Below are positions 27,301 through 35,825 of a DNA stretch of 64,000 bases, piece by piece; the stretch's first letter is position 1; each line of letters opens with the position of its first letter. The stretch is taken from the NCBI GenBank assembly GCA_000002435.2, contig CM018789.1. One strand, given 5' to 3'. This DNA is from Giardia intestinalis. Lineage: Eukaryota. A program made the translations under genes and the position numbers. Under the pieces are notes generated by a model. The model made no database searches and was not told where the DNA came from. It worked only from the letters and a program-made list of their open reading frames with translations.

Positions 27301-28593
27301 CACGAGATAAGGCAGGACTATGCTGTCCGTATTATTGCAGGAATGGAGGCCTTCTTGACAAGAGTATATCAAGAAGATCTTAATACGGCAATGACTGCCC
27401 CCGGGGAGGAACCGCTGGCATCCTTGCAGTATACACAGTTTCCTCAGCGTCTCATTACATTTGTCCCCGATGGAGGGCTGGTGAATAATTTGACTTTCAT
27501 GCAAGACATTGCAGGACCCAGTGGAGCTCCTCAAAAGGTCAGATATGAGCTTATTGGAACCATATCACAGGACTGCTTGGCTGTTTACAAGCTAGATACT
27601 GTCGGTAGATGGTGTATGCTCGAAGGCAGTGATTCTACCGGGCTCACCATCAGTATCAGGCCCAATGACGTAGCAGATAATAGTTTTTATGCCGTATACA
27701 AGCAAGTCAGTGGCTCAGAAGGTGCAGTAGGAGTGCCCCTGGATTCGTTGCACAACATCATGACACTGGCATACGGTACCGACGATACTCTGCGGCCGTC
27801 TGCAGAGATACCGGATTCTGATCTCAATCCGCTCAGCGATTCGTCCTTGAAGAAAGAAATATCTCTTTTAAAATCTCAGTTGGAGTACCGAACAAGGCGT
27901 GAAGAGAGAGCGACAGAAAAGGCACAAGCATTAAGCGCAGAGAACCATGAACTGAAGAAGAAGATTGAGTCACTGAAAGTTGATTTGAAATTCGAAGAAA
28001 TGCTTACAAAAAGCGAACTTCTTCGTCAGCAGAGTGCAGCGGAAAATGCAGAGCAGGACCGCAGGCTAGATGAGCTCTTGCGTCTTCAAACAGAATTGCG
28101 GCAACGTGAAAGCGAGGAGAAGATCTTGATATTAGAGCTCGAGGAGGCTCGCAGGAGAATCGCAGACTTGGTGCATACCCGCGAGACAGCCGACATAGAT
28201 GAATACGATGTAATACTGAAGCATTGCTACACTACCTTGGGTGGAGATGAGGCAGACGTACCTGAAAAGCGCAAGGAGCTCCTGCTGATGTTACAGAAGC
28301 AGTGCATTGCAGTGTCGACAGAGTATGACTTGAATAACCCCTATCGCAAAGGAAGCATGCGGCTATCATATGGTCCAGCAAGGGCCTCACAAATGCGCAT
28401 GTCAAGAAGCAGGGCCGATGCCCGATCCATAGCTCAGAGCTTGGAAGCGTTCCATGTTTCAGACCTTCAAGACAATGAGTTGGGGAACAGAAAGGTAATA
28501 GCGACTACGCTTCTTCCTGTCATTTGTTTCTTTATTGGAATAGCGATCATTGTTATTTTTGCGATGGCATTCAACAGGAACGACGTCGTATGA
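24307..28593 (+). CDS. Large tail-anchored coiled-coil protein with a degenerate USP-like (pseudo-deubiquitinase) region
   Basis: 1428-aa uninterrupted ORF. A C-terminal coiled coil (LKSQLEYRTRREERATEKAQALSAENHELKKKIESLK...) is followed by a terminal TM helix (VIATTLLPVICFFIGIAIIVIFAMAF). The USP-like blocks are described in the findings. Confidence 0.9.
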   Translation: MTTFVSTFLPVGDRLSDPDYADNAVQTVLYFPKLAIFAETTTIYSTSYKPNDSHGPIGLTYLNESVNNGIILSVSKRSASSFLCLSAIVKDSDPDSLSALKFLQHRISVRRDVGNPDVSADLHTLEYLLIHNKMYTTYTVYSVTDAQCELKYVAPTSVPLIGAIAVEGTPFIAATGVSKDGYNFTFDCLLDEDNGGKLIPVRTVKQKTGDVTSFVDTALYPAINMISDRPSTACTTPATTVKDFVHQVSSRNTRAASDVLYKFSAVHLDSSTKTVYYREYDLKSTNLRVIHAPGTKKSDKHKAADSVDYSATIESFKPTVHYTRTLIVNSAVPIVRIAALVMPYTQNSLLNDKYAVITDCGDLQLYSRREQADGPSASIKVFSKKLRRAFLVPLRDGVIMLTSSTGESALVGIDGKWNSDKNIEEMRGHLCKIFIDEFLATNPNYDQQNLRHELSKDLLPPIDSFSKSVQVKKHIDKLAIITTFSYNSTVTCASTAPDHKLVCLGLTSRKFIFVPTEPIKNRALLSSYRGKLSRETANNLQGQYTKYDVEAAVKDTVAYLANRGLNGQQLMERVSFFFAFSKDVGHSDFLPVQESVLDVANHNHDAPSDTIEMLSILASVTKDEVLGKSSLAAYDPDLGKSMINDLREVMRSTLRTVAVPGVGSTAIPGEGALQASDHHLLADQLSDHTGTRSKRVEFLEPTLRGAKLSTAINFTLADLSAIETRGLTEANGSHVAAPIHSASGLYQTDRNVVQEPPDHAHLDSLIEENFKNHLVDATRNLLESGFDCQRLFNAVEEDVKTAILSMMNVSDLNEDSRTARLADLPLVPHHADERVTSGRDAMLDEYPAEPGVNVPVSLLSAAWLGAISNSLAVRDTTRHPVQLPVLSNLGGAKLLLTHYKEIQEKKYTLVRNKFTLALELLLADDPLFLAASCSARGLSSMKNSYYLTDYIRREHEEISQCPYCSVFSIRCNLFQLSSRGETVCSTTERLLCEILDSSHEIRQDYAVRIIAGMEAFLTRVYQEDLNTAMTAPGEEPLASLQYTQFPQRLITFVPDGGLVNNLTFMQDIAGPSGAPQKVRYELIGTISQDCLAVYKLDTVGRWCMLEGSDSTGLTISIRPNDVADNSFYAVYKQVSGSEGAVGVPLDSLHNIMTLAYGTDDTLRPSAEIPDSDLNPLSDSSLKKEISLLKSQLEYRTRREERATEKAQALSAENHELKKKIESLKVDLKFEEMLTKSELLRQQSAAENAEQDRRLDELLRLQTELRQRESEEKILILELEEARRRIADLVHTRETADIDEYDVILKHCYTTLGGDEADVPEKRKELLLMLQKQCIAVSTEYDLNNPYRKGSMRLSYGPARASQMRMSRSRADARSIAQSLEAFHVSDLQDNELGNRKVIATTLLPVICFFIGIAIIVIFAMAFNRNDVV

Positions 28594-28616
28594 CAAAAAG
28601 CGGGTTCATCCACAAC

Positions 28617-29249
28617 TCAATCAGTGTCCTCTCCGTTACATATGCCCGGATGCTGAAATTGTGGAGCCTTTATTTGGCGATCCATGCGGTGGAGTGCGAC
28701 AGCCAAAGGATAGATCCTTGCGAATGTTAGTTTTGATCCATGAACTATCCCAATCATGTGTGGGCATAGGGGGTCTGGAAGCCGCTGCAGGGTCTGAGAT
28801 ATATTATGTAATGTATTAGGGGTCAGATCTGCTCTGGGGATGAACAAGAGGAAGTCTGGTGGCCCCGTTTGCAGTGTCTTTCGTGTCACTGGGCGGTTGA
28901 ATGCCTGGAATATATGCCAGACGGCATAGCAGTATCGTTGTAACATTGGTGGAGGGCTGTGGAATGTAACAAAGTGACCCTTAGCGCGCAGATTGGCATA
29001 CCCACGCATAACGGCCGTCATCGCTGGTCCATATTCGAAGTTGATCCGCTCCATAGCAATAGCCAAGACGCGAAACATCTCGTCAGAGAGAAGAAGCTTT
29101 CCCTGTGAGTGTAAATGCATAACTTCGATAGCGGTAAGAAACTGCTTCTGATCAGTGATCCACCCCATGCGATCGGACACCCTGCCGCGGGCTTCTATTA
29201 ACCGAAAGGAATAGGGAATAGTATCTGCTGGGAGCGCAGCGACTCGCAT
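28617..29249 (-). CDS. Hypothetical protein, tentatively tRNA-splicing endonuclease Sen54-like
   Basis: 210 aa from the ATG at 29249; the track start at 29399 is GTG. The upstream context is ATTTTAAAATCATCTCCATG. The pattern GWITDQKQFLTAIEVMHLHSQGKLLL ... MRGYANLRAKGHFV ... YAVWHIFQAFNRPVTRKTLQTGPPDFLLFI fits the Sen54 layout (LlpeEalyL-e-G-L; vY--Lr--Gy-v; f-vykp--fkK--pg-PdF). The functional call is weak. Confidence 0.7.
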   Translation of the reverse strand: MRVAALPADTIPYSFRLIEARGRVSDRMGWITDQKQFLTAIEVMHLHSQGKLLLSDEMFRVLAIAMERINFEYGPAMTAVMRGYANLRAKGHFVTFHSPPPMLQRYCYAVWHIFQAFNRPVTRKTLQTGPPDFLLFIPRADLTPNTLHNISQTLQRLPDPLCPHMIGIVHGSKLTFARIYPLAVALHRMDRQIKAPQFQHPGICNGEDTD

Positions 29250-29264
29250 GGAGATGATTTTAAA

Positions 29265-29615
29265 ATGGCCCAACAGGAAGGAAACGATCAGAGCTTTATC
29301 AGGACTAAGAAAGCGCAGGTGGGAGGGATACACTGCCCCATGTTCTTCTTTCCTACTTATAGCATGCCTTCCGAGCCGCCGGGACCTGTTTTGATACACC
29401 CAGAGAGAATACTAAGAAATATTGTGTCAATAAATGAAGCCCAATGCGCATCTCTTGTCCGCTTTCCAGTGCGGCTTCCTTCTTCACTCGCAACTGACTT
29501 GAAGGCACTTTCAGGAGGGTTTGGAGCCGGCACTGGCCAGCAGATCCTAAAGAACTTAAACCAAGAAGAGACCACTCTTTTGTTTACGCTAATGGACAAG
29601 CTAGCGAAAAAGTAG
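29265..29615 (+). CDS. Possible small hypothetical protein
   Basis: 116-aa ORF with a textbook start context (TTTTAAAATGGCC), 15 bp from the divergent 29249 start. It fills an otherwise ~380-bp gap. I recognise no motif, and a minus-strand ORF overlaps it. Confidence 0.4.
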   Translation: MAQQEGNDQSFIRTKKAQVGGIHCPMFFFPTYSMPSEPPGPVLIHPERILRNIVSINEAQCASLVRFPVRLPSSLATDLKALSGGFGAGTGQQILKNLNQEETTLLFTLMDKLAKK

Positions 29616-29632
29616 GACAACGGGCACACCCT

Positions 29633-30367
29633 TTAAGCATCCTCAGGGTCAGCAACTAGGTCTTCCTCCCCGAGAGGCTCGAAGATACTACCCCTGGTAA
29701 ATCCCACGGTGGCCCTTTCCCATTGGTGCAGTGGACAGACGGACTTACAGACTCCGTCCAGCCAGGTGTCAATGGAGCAAAAGTGGAGCTTTTTCAATTC
29801 CCAAACAGTGCTCTTGAACTTGTAGCTATCAAACACACTAACCACTTGCTTGCGAAACCGGCTCCCGAGACAACGTTCAGGGGTTGCTTCCCCGCCAAGA
29901 TAGATCTCCACATGCACCATGTCGTGCTTTTGCGGCCGTTTTTTGTTGTTGAAGTAAACCCCCTCATAGAAAATGAGGTCGCCTTCGCGGATAAGGTCAT
30001 GGGTGTCATAGCGGAGGGGGAGGGTGTCAAATTGATATGCTTGGTTGTAGGGCAGGGGCTCAAAACCAAACTCGTCCTTTAAGTCCATTAGAGCCTGTCT
30101 TATGAGTCCGCAACAGTCAAGCTGAAGGGGGTAGGCAGCCAGTTCGGAGCCTTCTGGATGCTCTTTGCGAGAGTAGGGTGTACCGCAGTAGCCCATGGCT
30201 TTCTCAATGAAGAGCCTGCGAAGTCTATCCTTCTCTGCCTGGGTGCGTTGAATGGGCTTGGCCCGAGCCGCAATCTTTGCCCGTTCGGCTCGCTTCTTTT
30301 CTAGAAACGTTTGGAACGCGTCTTGAAGAGAACAGGTGGTGTCGTGCGTGTCCTCTTGCGCATCCAT
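29633..30367 (-). CDS. NlpC/P60-family (C40) cysteine peptidase-like protein, no signal peptide
   Basis: 244 aa. It carries the canonical blocks AMGYCGTPYS (GtPY-wGG), QLDCCGLIRQAL (fDCSGlv, catalytic Cys) and REGDLIFYEG...HDMVHVEIYLGG (GDLvFf...HVgIY-G, catalytic His). The N-terminus is charged, not hydrophobic. Confidence 0.85.
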   Translation of the reverse strand: MDAQEDTHDTTCSLQDAFQTFLEKKRAERAKIAARAKPIQRTQAEKDRLRRLFIEKAMGYCGTPYSRKEHPEGSELAAYPLQLDCCGLIRQALMDLKDEFGFEPLPYNQAYQFDTLPLRYDTHDLIREGDLIFYEGVYFNNKKRPQKHDMVHVEIYLGGEATPERCLGSRFRKQVVSVFDSYKFKSTVWELKKLHFCSIDTWLDGVCKSVCPLHQWERATVGFTRGSIFEPLGEEDLVADPEDA

Positions 30368-30411
30368 TTAAGATCTTTGCCTAAAAATACCATTTAAAAA
30401 ATCTATAGGAA

Positions 30412-31557
30412 ATGAAGTACACATTGAAAGATGTCTTCAAATTGTTCACGCCACTGGCAGAGATGCCCCCAGAAATTCAGACAATTAAGAATAATTTCCC
30501 ATTGAGGATTTTCTCTGATATCTCCAGCGGTCTTGCCATTTCTGACGTGAGTAATTTGAATTTCTCTGAGTTCATCAAGACTCCTAATCTTCGTCAAAAC
30601 AGAGGTACACAGCCACGTGCAAAACAATATGCATCGAAGTTTGTAACGGATAGCCAACAAAAGACACTAGCGCACCAAAATCAAATGCCCGAAGAGCCTA
30701 TCCATTGGGATAAGCCTGACCCAAGTGATAAGTTTGACGATCTTCTGTGCCCAGACTTCAGGACTGCCGGCGGAAAAGAAAGTATAAGTGATTCGTTTCG
30801 AAGTACCACTGCCTCAGATGCTGTCCTCGATGTGATGGACCTTATTTCTGCACCAGACAGTAGGAAGAACATCTATTCAAATCCAAAGCATCAATCTGCA
30901 TTAACAAGTGATCTGCCAGTAGAGACTGCCAATGAATCAGATAATGCAGGGGACAGGGGTCCTATTGGCCTTGCAGGAGACGACATTGAAGACGTTCTAC
31001 AAAAGTTAGAGCAGGGTCCTGTCACCGGACCCAACACTATCGACTCTTTACCCGAAAGTCAAGGTATTTCTGAACATGGAGTACCGCAGTTCCCTGTCCC
31101 GCCCACTAGTGATCCTGCGATCTTTGGGTTCCCAACACTACCCTACACACAAGTAATTCCGGGTATACAGCCAATCTCAAACCAGCTTGTTTTCCCGGTG
31201 TACCATCCCCAACAGCAGATTGTCGGACTTGCAAATCCAATGGGCGCTGCCCCATCCATGCAGCCTATGCACGGGATACCGGCTATTCCAGCTGTGTATA
31301 CTATGCCTGTGCAACAGACTCCTCAGACGTATGATGTCAGCTGGGAGTATCTGGATCTAAACAACATAATGAGGGGGCCATTTCCCAGCGTAACAATGTG
31401 GAAGTGGTACAAACAGGGCAGTTTGCCCAACACGCTTCGCATCCGCGTTGCTGGTGATACCGGACCATTCCTTCCCCTTTTTAGCAGGTGGGCCAAGTCA
31501 TTAGCACGAGGAGTTGATCCTTTTAGTGTACCTCCATCAGAACTATCTTATCAGTAA
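30412..31557 (+). CDS. GYF-domain protein
   Basis: 381 aa. The C-terminal WEYLDLNNIMRGPFPSVTMWKWYKQGSLPNTLRIRVAGDTGPFLPL matches the GYF pattern W-Y-D--g--qGPF----M--W---GyF. The central part is Pro/Gln-rich. Confidence 0.85.
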   Translation: MKYTLKDVFKLFTPLAEMPPEIQTIKNNFPLRIFSDISSGLAISDVSNLNFSEFIKTPNLRQNRGTQPRAKQYASKFVTDSQQKTLAHQNQMPEEPIHWDKPDPSDKFDDLLCPDFRTAGGKESISDSFRSTTASDAVLDVMDLISAPDSRKNIYSNPKHQSALTSDLPVETANESDNAGDRGPIGLAGDDIEDVLQKLEQGPVTGPNTIDSLPESQGISEHGVPQFPVPPTSDPAIFGFPTLPYTQVIPGIQPISNQLVFPVYHPQQQIVGLANPMGAAPSMQPMHGIPAIPAVYTMPVQQTPQTYDVSWEYLDLNNIMRGPFPSVTMWKWYKQGSLPNTLRIRVAGDTGPFLPLFSRWAKSLARGVDPFSVPPSELSYQ

Positions 31558-31624
31558 ATTCACGCCTTGAGTCTTGGCCCAGAATCCCTCTTTTAAAAAA
31601 ATAAGACGCTTTTGGATCCGGGAA

Positions 31625-33478
31625 ATGGTTCTTCAACTCCGCAGGGTACTTGGATTTTATCCCCATAGAAGACGCACACTTCTCTTCCATCCTGACGGAG
31701 AGAGGTGTATCTATAGTATTGGCTCGACTATAGTGATTTCTTCTTTTACTGATCCCGAGAATCAGACGATTCTCCGTGGCCATGTGGGCACCGTGAGTCA
31801 TATGGCCTTGGACCCTAGTGGTCGCATGCTGATCAGTGCAGAAGACGGAGAGGATTCGGATGTTTGTATCTGGAATTTGGAGACAGATAGCCTGCACTTC
31901 CGCTTTTCCGAGCACGATTTTGGGGTGTCCTCTGCCAATTACAGCGCAGATGGTTTATTTTATGTTTCGTATGGTGCCCGCGACAAGATGATCTTCATCT
32001 CCGAAGCAGCCACTGCTGATATCGTTTGCAAGCGGAAAATTGGTGACCTGGACCTGGCATGTGTCTTGTTCGGTGGGAGAATCAAGGACGAGCGTGGAAG
32101 AAAGCTTGCGCTTTATAATCTATTGGGTTATACCCAGTCAGGGGCTATCGTATCTTTTACATTCGATCCCAAGACCTCAACCATTCAGCCCATTCCTTTA
32201 ACAACTGGCCCGGTGAAACGCGTAATCCGAGACATCGCCCACTGCACTAAGGACAGATCATTGATGATAGCTGGATCCATGTCCGGGGAAATATTGGTCA
32301 TTGATGCGGTGAAAAACACCTTCTTGAGCTTCATCCAATTACCCAATGGCGCACCAATAGAATGCATTGTGGTATTTCCGGGAGAAAGCAAAGACTTAGA
32401 TAGTATACGACCTGTTTATACCACATATGAAAGGTTGGATGCATTTGATGAGACCATTGCTGCAGGTGGTCATGGATTTATATCAATAATTAAAGGCCAG
32501 GGGAAGAACTGGGATGTGTCTTCAACCCTCAGCGTTCCCGGGCGAGTTACGAACCTTGCTGCTGATTCCCTGGGTCGTATTCTCGCAGGGACAGATAACG
32601 GGAGTATCATTTTAATAATTCAAGAAGGCTCTTCTTACAAGGCCGTTCCGGTAAGCGAGAATCACATTGCCCCGGCAACGTCCGCGTGCTTTGCAGGAAA
32701 CGGGGACGCAACGATGCTTATTACCGTTGCGGCGGACAACACCTGCCGTATTTGGGATCTTAAAGATTTCTATCCTGGGTTAACAATAGACGTGTCGCCA
32801 AACTCGCCGTCTGCCGTCTACCTGAACGAGATCCAGATTTTAGTTGGCTGTACAAACGGAGATCTATTAATCTATGACATTGAGAACGGCGATAAATTGC
32901 TGACTATCCAAGGCGCAGATCGGATCGCAGTTACTAGCCTCTACGGTCACAGGACGCGCATTTTGGTGGGAGGGTCTCACGGGGACGTCCGCGAGTGGGA
33001 CCTAAGAAGCAGGAAGATGATTGGTGGTCACAAGGAGCATACACTACGTGTTGCGAATCTTTCTTTAACTGGCGATGGAGTAATCGTTTCGGCAGCAGAG
33101 GACAAGTATATAATTGCATCTAAAAATGGCACTCGTGTCTCCGATTTCCTTGCAGAGGGGCCTATCAGAGGAATGACGTTGATCGGTGACGTATGTGCAA
33201 TATCTTGTGGCCGGATAGTTGCTCTGGTTGACGTCCCCAAGCGGCGTCAATTGAATAAGATAGAGCTAGGGTCAAGAATGACCAGCATAACGCACAATAG
33301 TAAGTACATTTTCGCTGGCAGCGAAGCAGGGACGCTATACGTATTCACACACGGATTAGAGCTGGTTGAGGAAATACCTGCCCATGCTGCAGATAAAGAT
33401 TTGCATCACATGTCATGCACAGAGGAGTGGCTTTGTACCATGGACAATGATGGCTGTGTCATGGTGTGGTCAATGTAG
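31625..33478 (+). CDS. WD40-repeat protein, CFAP52/WDR16-like (axonemal)
   Basis: 617 aa from the ATG at 31625; the track start at 31574 is TTG. WD repeats run throughout (GHVGTVSHMALDPSGRMLISAEDGEDSDVCIWNL, DNTCRIWDL, HGDVREWDL). The N-terminal layout LGFYPHRRRTLLFHPDGERCIYSIGSTIVISSF...ILRGH is colinear with human CFAP52 IGFNGHVPTGLKCHPDQEHMIYPLGCTVLIQAI...FLQGH as I recall it. Confidence 0.85.
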   Translation: MVLQLRRVLGFYPHRRRTLLFHPDGERCIYSIGSTIVISSFTDPENQTILRGHVGTVSHMALDPSGRMLISAEDGEDSDVCIWNLETDSLHFRFSEHDFGVSSANYSADGLFYVSYGARDKMIFISEAATADIVCKRKIGDLDLACVLFGGRIKDERGRKLALYNLLGYTQSGAIVSFTFDPKTSTIQPIPLTTGPVKRVIRDIAHCTKDRSLMIAGSMSGEILVIDAVKNTFLSFIQLPNGAPIECIVVFPGESKDLDSIRPVYTTYERLDAFDETIAAGGHGFISIIKGQGKNWDVSSTLSVPGRVTNLAADSLGRILAGTDNGSIILIIQEGSSYKAVPVSENHIAPATSACFAGNGDATMLITVAADNTCRIWDLKDFYPGLTIDVSPNSPSAVYLNEIQILVGCTNGDLLIYDIENGDKLLTIQGADRIAVTSLYGHRTRILVGGSHGDVREWDLRSRKMIGGHKEHTLRVANLSLTGDGVIVSAAEDKYIIASKNGTRVSDFLAEGPIRGMTLIGDVCAISCGRIVALVDVPKRRQLNKIELGSRMTSITHNSKYIFAGSEAGTLYVFTHGLELVEEIPAHAADKDLHHMSCTEEWLCTMDNDGCVMVWSM

Positions 33479-33552
33479 GTTGACCGGGTTAACATGCCAA
33501 GGTAGTACACTAGATTAATTCATAATCGTTCATTGCAGTGACGCAAGCTGAG

Positions 33553-33960
33553 ATGGATCCATCTATGAGTATGGCATGCCTTAGAGATAGTCAGACATCA
33601 TTTACGTTCTACCAAACCCCATACCAGTCAGGACTTCATGACACTCATGGCACTCACGCCATGTCTGGATCGACAGTGGCTGCTGCCGTTTCTGCTTCTA
33701 TGATTTGGTCGCCCTTCCAGACACCAACACCGGCTGATCGCGCACAGCGAAAGTGGCACGACGATGGACAAGTGAAAATGTCAACGGGAGGGTCTAACTG
33801 GAAGACAAAGCGTGTAACTATTGTGGCCCCAGCTCTTCCGCAGATACCTTCTCTACAGACAACCCTGTACTCAAGGCTTCTCGACGACCCTCCATCAATT
33901 CATCTTGAACTCTCTGACTGCAGTATCTGTACACCAATATTCGAAGACCGTGAAATTTAG
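33553..33960 (+). CDS. Possible hypothetical protein
   Basis: 135 aa from the first ATG; the track start is GTG. No recognisable motif, and the start context is not A/T-rich. An AGTAAAT lies at 34018-34024. Confidence 0.3.
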   Translation: MDPSMSMACLRDSQTSFTFYQTPYQSGLHDTHGTHAMSGSTVAAAVSASMIWSPFQTPTPADRAQRKWHDDGQVKMSTGGSNWKTKRVTIVAPALPQIPSLQTTLYSRLLDDPPSIHLELSDCSICTPIFEDREI

Positions 33961-34055
33961 TTTCGGCTTTAATTTCGGCTTCAGCTGAGAGAAAAAAAGA
34001 GAGGAAGAAAAGAACAAAGTAAATCAGACAAGACACCGGAATATTAAGTCTTAAG

Positions 34056-34571
34056 TCACAGTTCATCTTGATCTGCTGGCGGGTGCGATGGGTCGCTCGC
34101 CTCCTGCTCGATAAGTGTCGGGTCGTCAATTAAGTCGAACGTGATATGGACCGGTTCGCACGGGCCCGACTTGCTCACCTTCTTCTTGCATGAAAACTCA
34201 GCTCCCTCAACTATGTTGTTCTTAGTCACATACTCTACGCTGGGTTCTGCTAGAAATATCATATATTTAATGTCATAGCTAATATTGTGAGATGCTGTGT
34301 CTATAAAGTCTACCAGGACCGTTGCAAACTGGTTTTCTTTATCTGGGGTTACTTGCTTGACCACGCAAATACCTGGAAAGATGTCTAGGTCGCACTGCCG
34401 TCCAAAGATGCGTCGAAAGTTTATCATCAGTTTGTCTCTGCTGGAGCCAGAAGCCCCACCTTCAGCTCCTTCATGGATTTTCCCGTCCTCGTCGCTGTAG
34501 ACACTACGAACCTCACCTCTTATGAGCTCAAAATTGAAGAAGAAAAGTAGAAGAAGCCCCAAGGGATACAT
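34056..34571 (-). CDS. Secretory-pathway protein with signal peptide and C-terminal QDEL (KDEL-type ER retrieval) signal
   Basis: 171 aa. The N-terminus is hydrophobic (MYPLGLLLLFFFNFELIRG) and the C-terminus is ...HPPADQDEL-stop. The start context is A/T-rich. The protein family was not recognised. Confidence 0.7.
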   Translation of the reverse strand: MYPLGLLLLFFFNFELIRGEVRSVYSDEDGKIHEGAEGGASGSSRDKLMINFRRIFGRQCDLDIFPGICVVKQVTPDKENQFATVLVDFIDTASHNISYDIKYMIFLAEPSVEYVTKNNIVEGAEFSCKKKVSKSGPCEPVHITFDLIDDPTLIEQEASDPSHPPADQDEL

Positions 34572-34683
34572 TTACGAATTTATGAATTGAAAGACTTTAA
34601 GAGGTCCAGAAGGGTGCAGGATTACGAGTAGATAAGAAGGCCCATAGAATGTGCTCAGAACAGTTTACATGCACTAGCCGGTG

Positions 34684-34998
34684 CTAGTCAATGATATGTA
34701 ACTCGCTGAGCTTCCAATCCTCGTATGTACCATCTGGCAGGTGTCTGCGGATGATTATGGGGATAGCGTTATTGGCCAGCTCACGGCGCGCCAGTACGAG
34801 GGGGTCCAGGTGGCCGCCTTTGTCTGTGATTGTTATGTGAGCTGGAGCTCCCATTGAGAGCTGGTATGCTCTGGTTCCAAGGATGCGAGCCTGTTCAAAC
34901 TTCGTAAGATACCGCGGGGTGATGCGCTTATCTGGATCTGCAGGCTTAATCTTGCTGATAAACGGCTGATTGCTTTCCACGATCAAGGGCTTGTCCAT
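34684..34998 (-). CDS. RPB6: RNA polymerase I/II/III common subunit RPB6 (RPABC2)
   Basis: 104 aa. RITPRYLTKFEQARILGTRAYQLSMGAPAHI...LDPLVLARRELANNAIPIIIRRHLPDGTYEDWKLSEL matches the RPB6 core (TtpymTKyErARiLGtRAlQi...DPl-IA-kEL----iP--irRylPdGsyEdW). Confidence 0.92.
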   Translation of the reverse strand: MDKPLIVESNQPFISKIKPADPDKRITPRYLTKFEQARILGTRAYQLSMGAPAHITITDKGGHLDPLVLARRELANNAIPIIIRRHLPDGTYEDWKLSELHIID

Positions 34999-35120
34999 GT
35001 GACAATCTTCAATTTTATACTGTTCAATTTTATATGCTTCATTGCTTTCTCAGAAACTGAAATGTTTACATGGTGCCGGGCATTCTTCAGACGGGCAAGT
35101 TTGGGTTCATGCGAGCCAAC

Positions 35121-35690
35121 CTACCTCAAGGTGTAGCTCTCCAGCGGCATGAAAGAGTCGTTTTCTGAAAGAAAGTATTTAAACGCGTTGCTATTAACTA
35201 CAGCCTTATTGGAAAGGAGTCTGTGGAAGTAGTTATTAATCTCTCTTACGCGTTCTTCGACAAAGCCTTTCCGATTTCCTCCGAGATTCCAAGGGCGATC
35301 TCGTGGAAAGGACGGCAAATGTTCTAAACCCTCTTGCAACAGGTCGGCATGAAGACGCTTTATTGTGCTAAAACGTTTTGAAACCTGAACCTGATGCTTC
35401 TTCCTCGGAATCAGAAGGTCGTAGACGATGAAGGGGTGTGAACCTCCATTTGAACAGACTGTGTAATTATCACACACAGAAAGAGGGGGAGGATCATCTG
35501 ACGATTCTTTTGTCTCAGTTATTATAGGGGTTTGTGTCACACAGCCGCCCTCATTCCTAAGCCTCGCAGGTGTGACGACGCCTGTGTAATTTTCTGTGTG
35601 GATTGCGTCTTCCAGAAGAATCTGTATGGTTGGCACCGGATTGCTGCCTGCTGCCGTTGGGTAATATGCAGTCGAAACAACGTGCGTCAT
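35121..35690 (-). CDS. PX (phox homology) domain protein
   Basis: 189 aa with start context TATTTAAAAATG. KRFSTIKRLHADLLQE...LPSFPRDRPW...FVEERVREINNYFHRLLSNKAVVNSNAFKYFL fits the PX pattern RRYsdF--L---L...lP-lP-K...fie-Rr--Le-yl--ll. Confidence 0.85.
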   Translation of the reverse strand: MTHVVSTAYYPTAAGSNPVPTIQILLEDAIHTENYTGVVTPARLRNEGGCVTQTPIITETKESSDDPPPLSVCDNYTVCSNGGSHPFIVYDLLIPRKKHQVQVSKRFSTIKRLHADLLQEGLEHLPSFPRDRPWNLGGNRKGFVEERVREINNYFHRLLSNKAVVNSNAFKYFLSENDSFMPLESYTLR

Positions 35691-35731
35691 TTTTAAATAG
35701 CTTCCCTGCGCCTTTCAACCTAAAAGCTTAG

Positions 35732-35803
35732 TAATCTTAATAAAATAATCTTAATAAAAAAGGAACGAACCTAAAAACTGAACTTAACAACTGAACATAA
35801 CAA
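35732..35803. repeat. Two back-to-back short tandem duplications in an A/T-rich intergenic spacer
   Basis: taatcttaataaaa occurs twice (35732-35745, 35746-35759). ctgaacttaacaa / ctgaacataacaa follow at 35778-35790 and 35791-35803. Confidence 0.8.
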
Positions 35804-35825
35804 CTATAATTTATTAATAAAGGAT

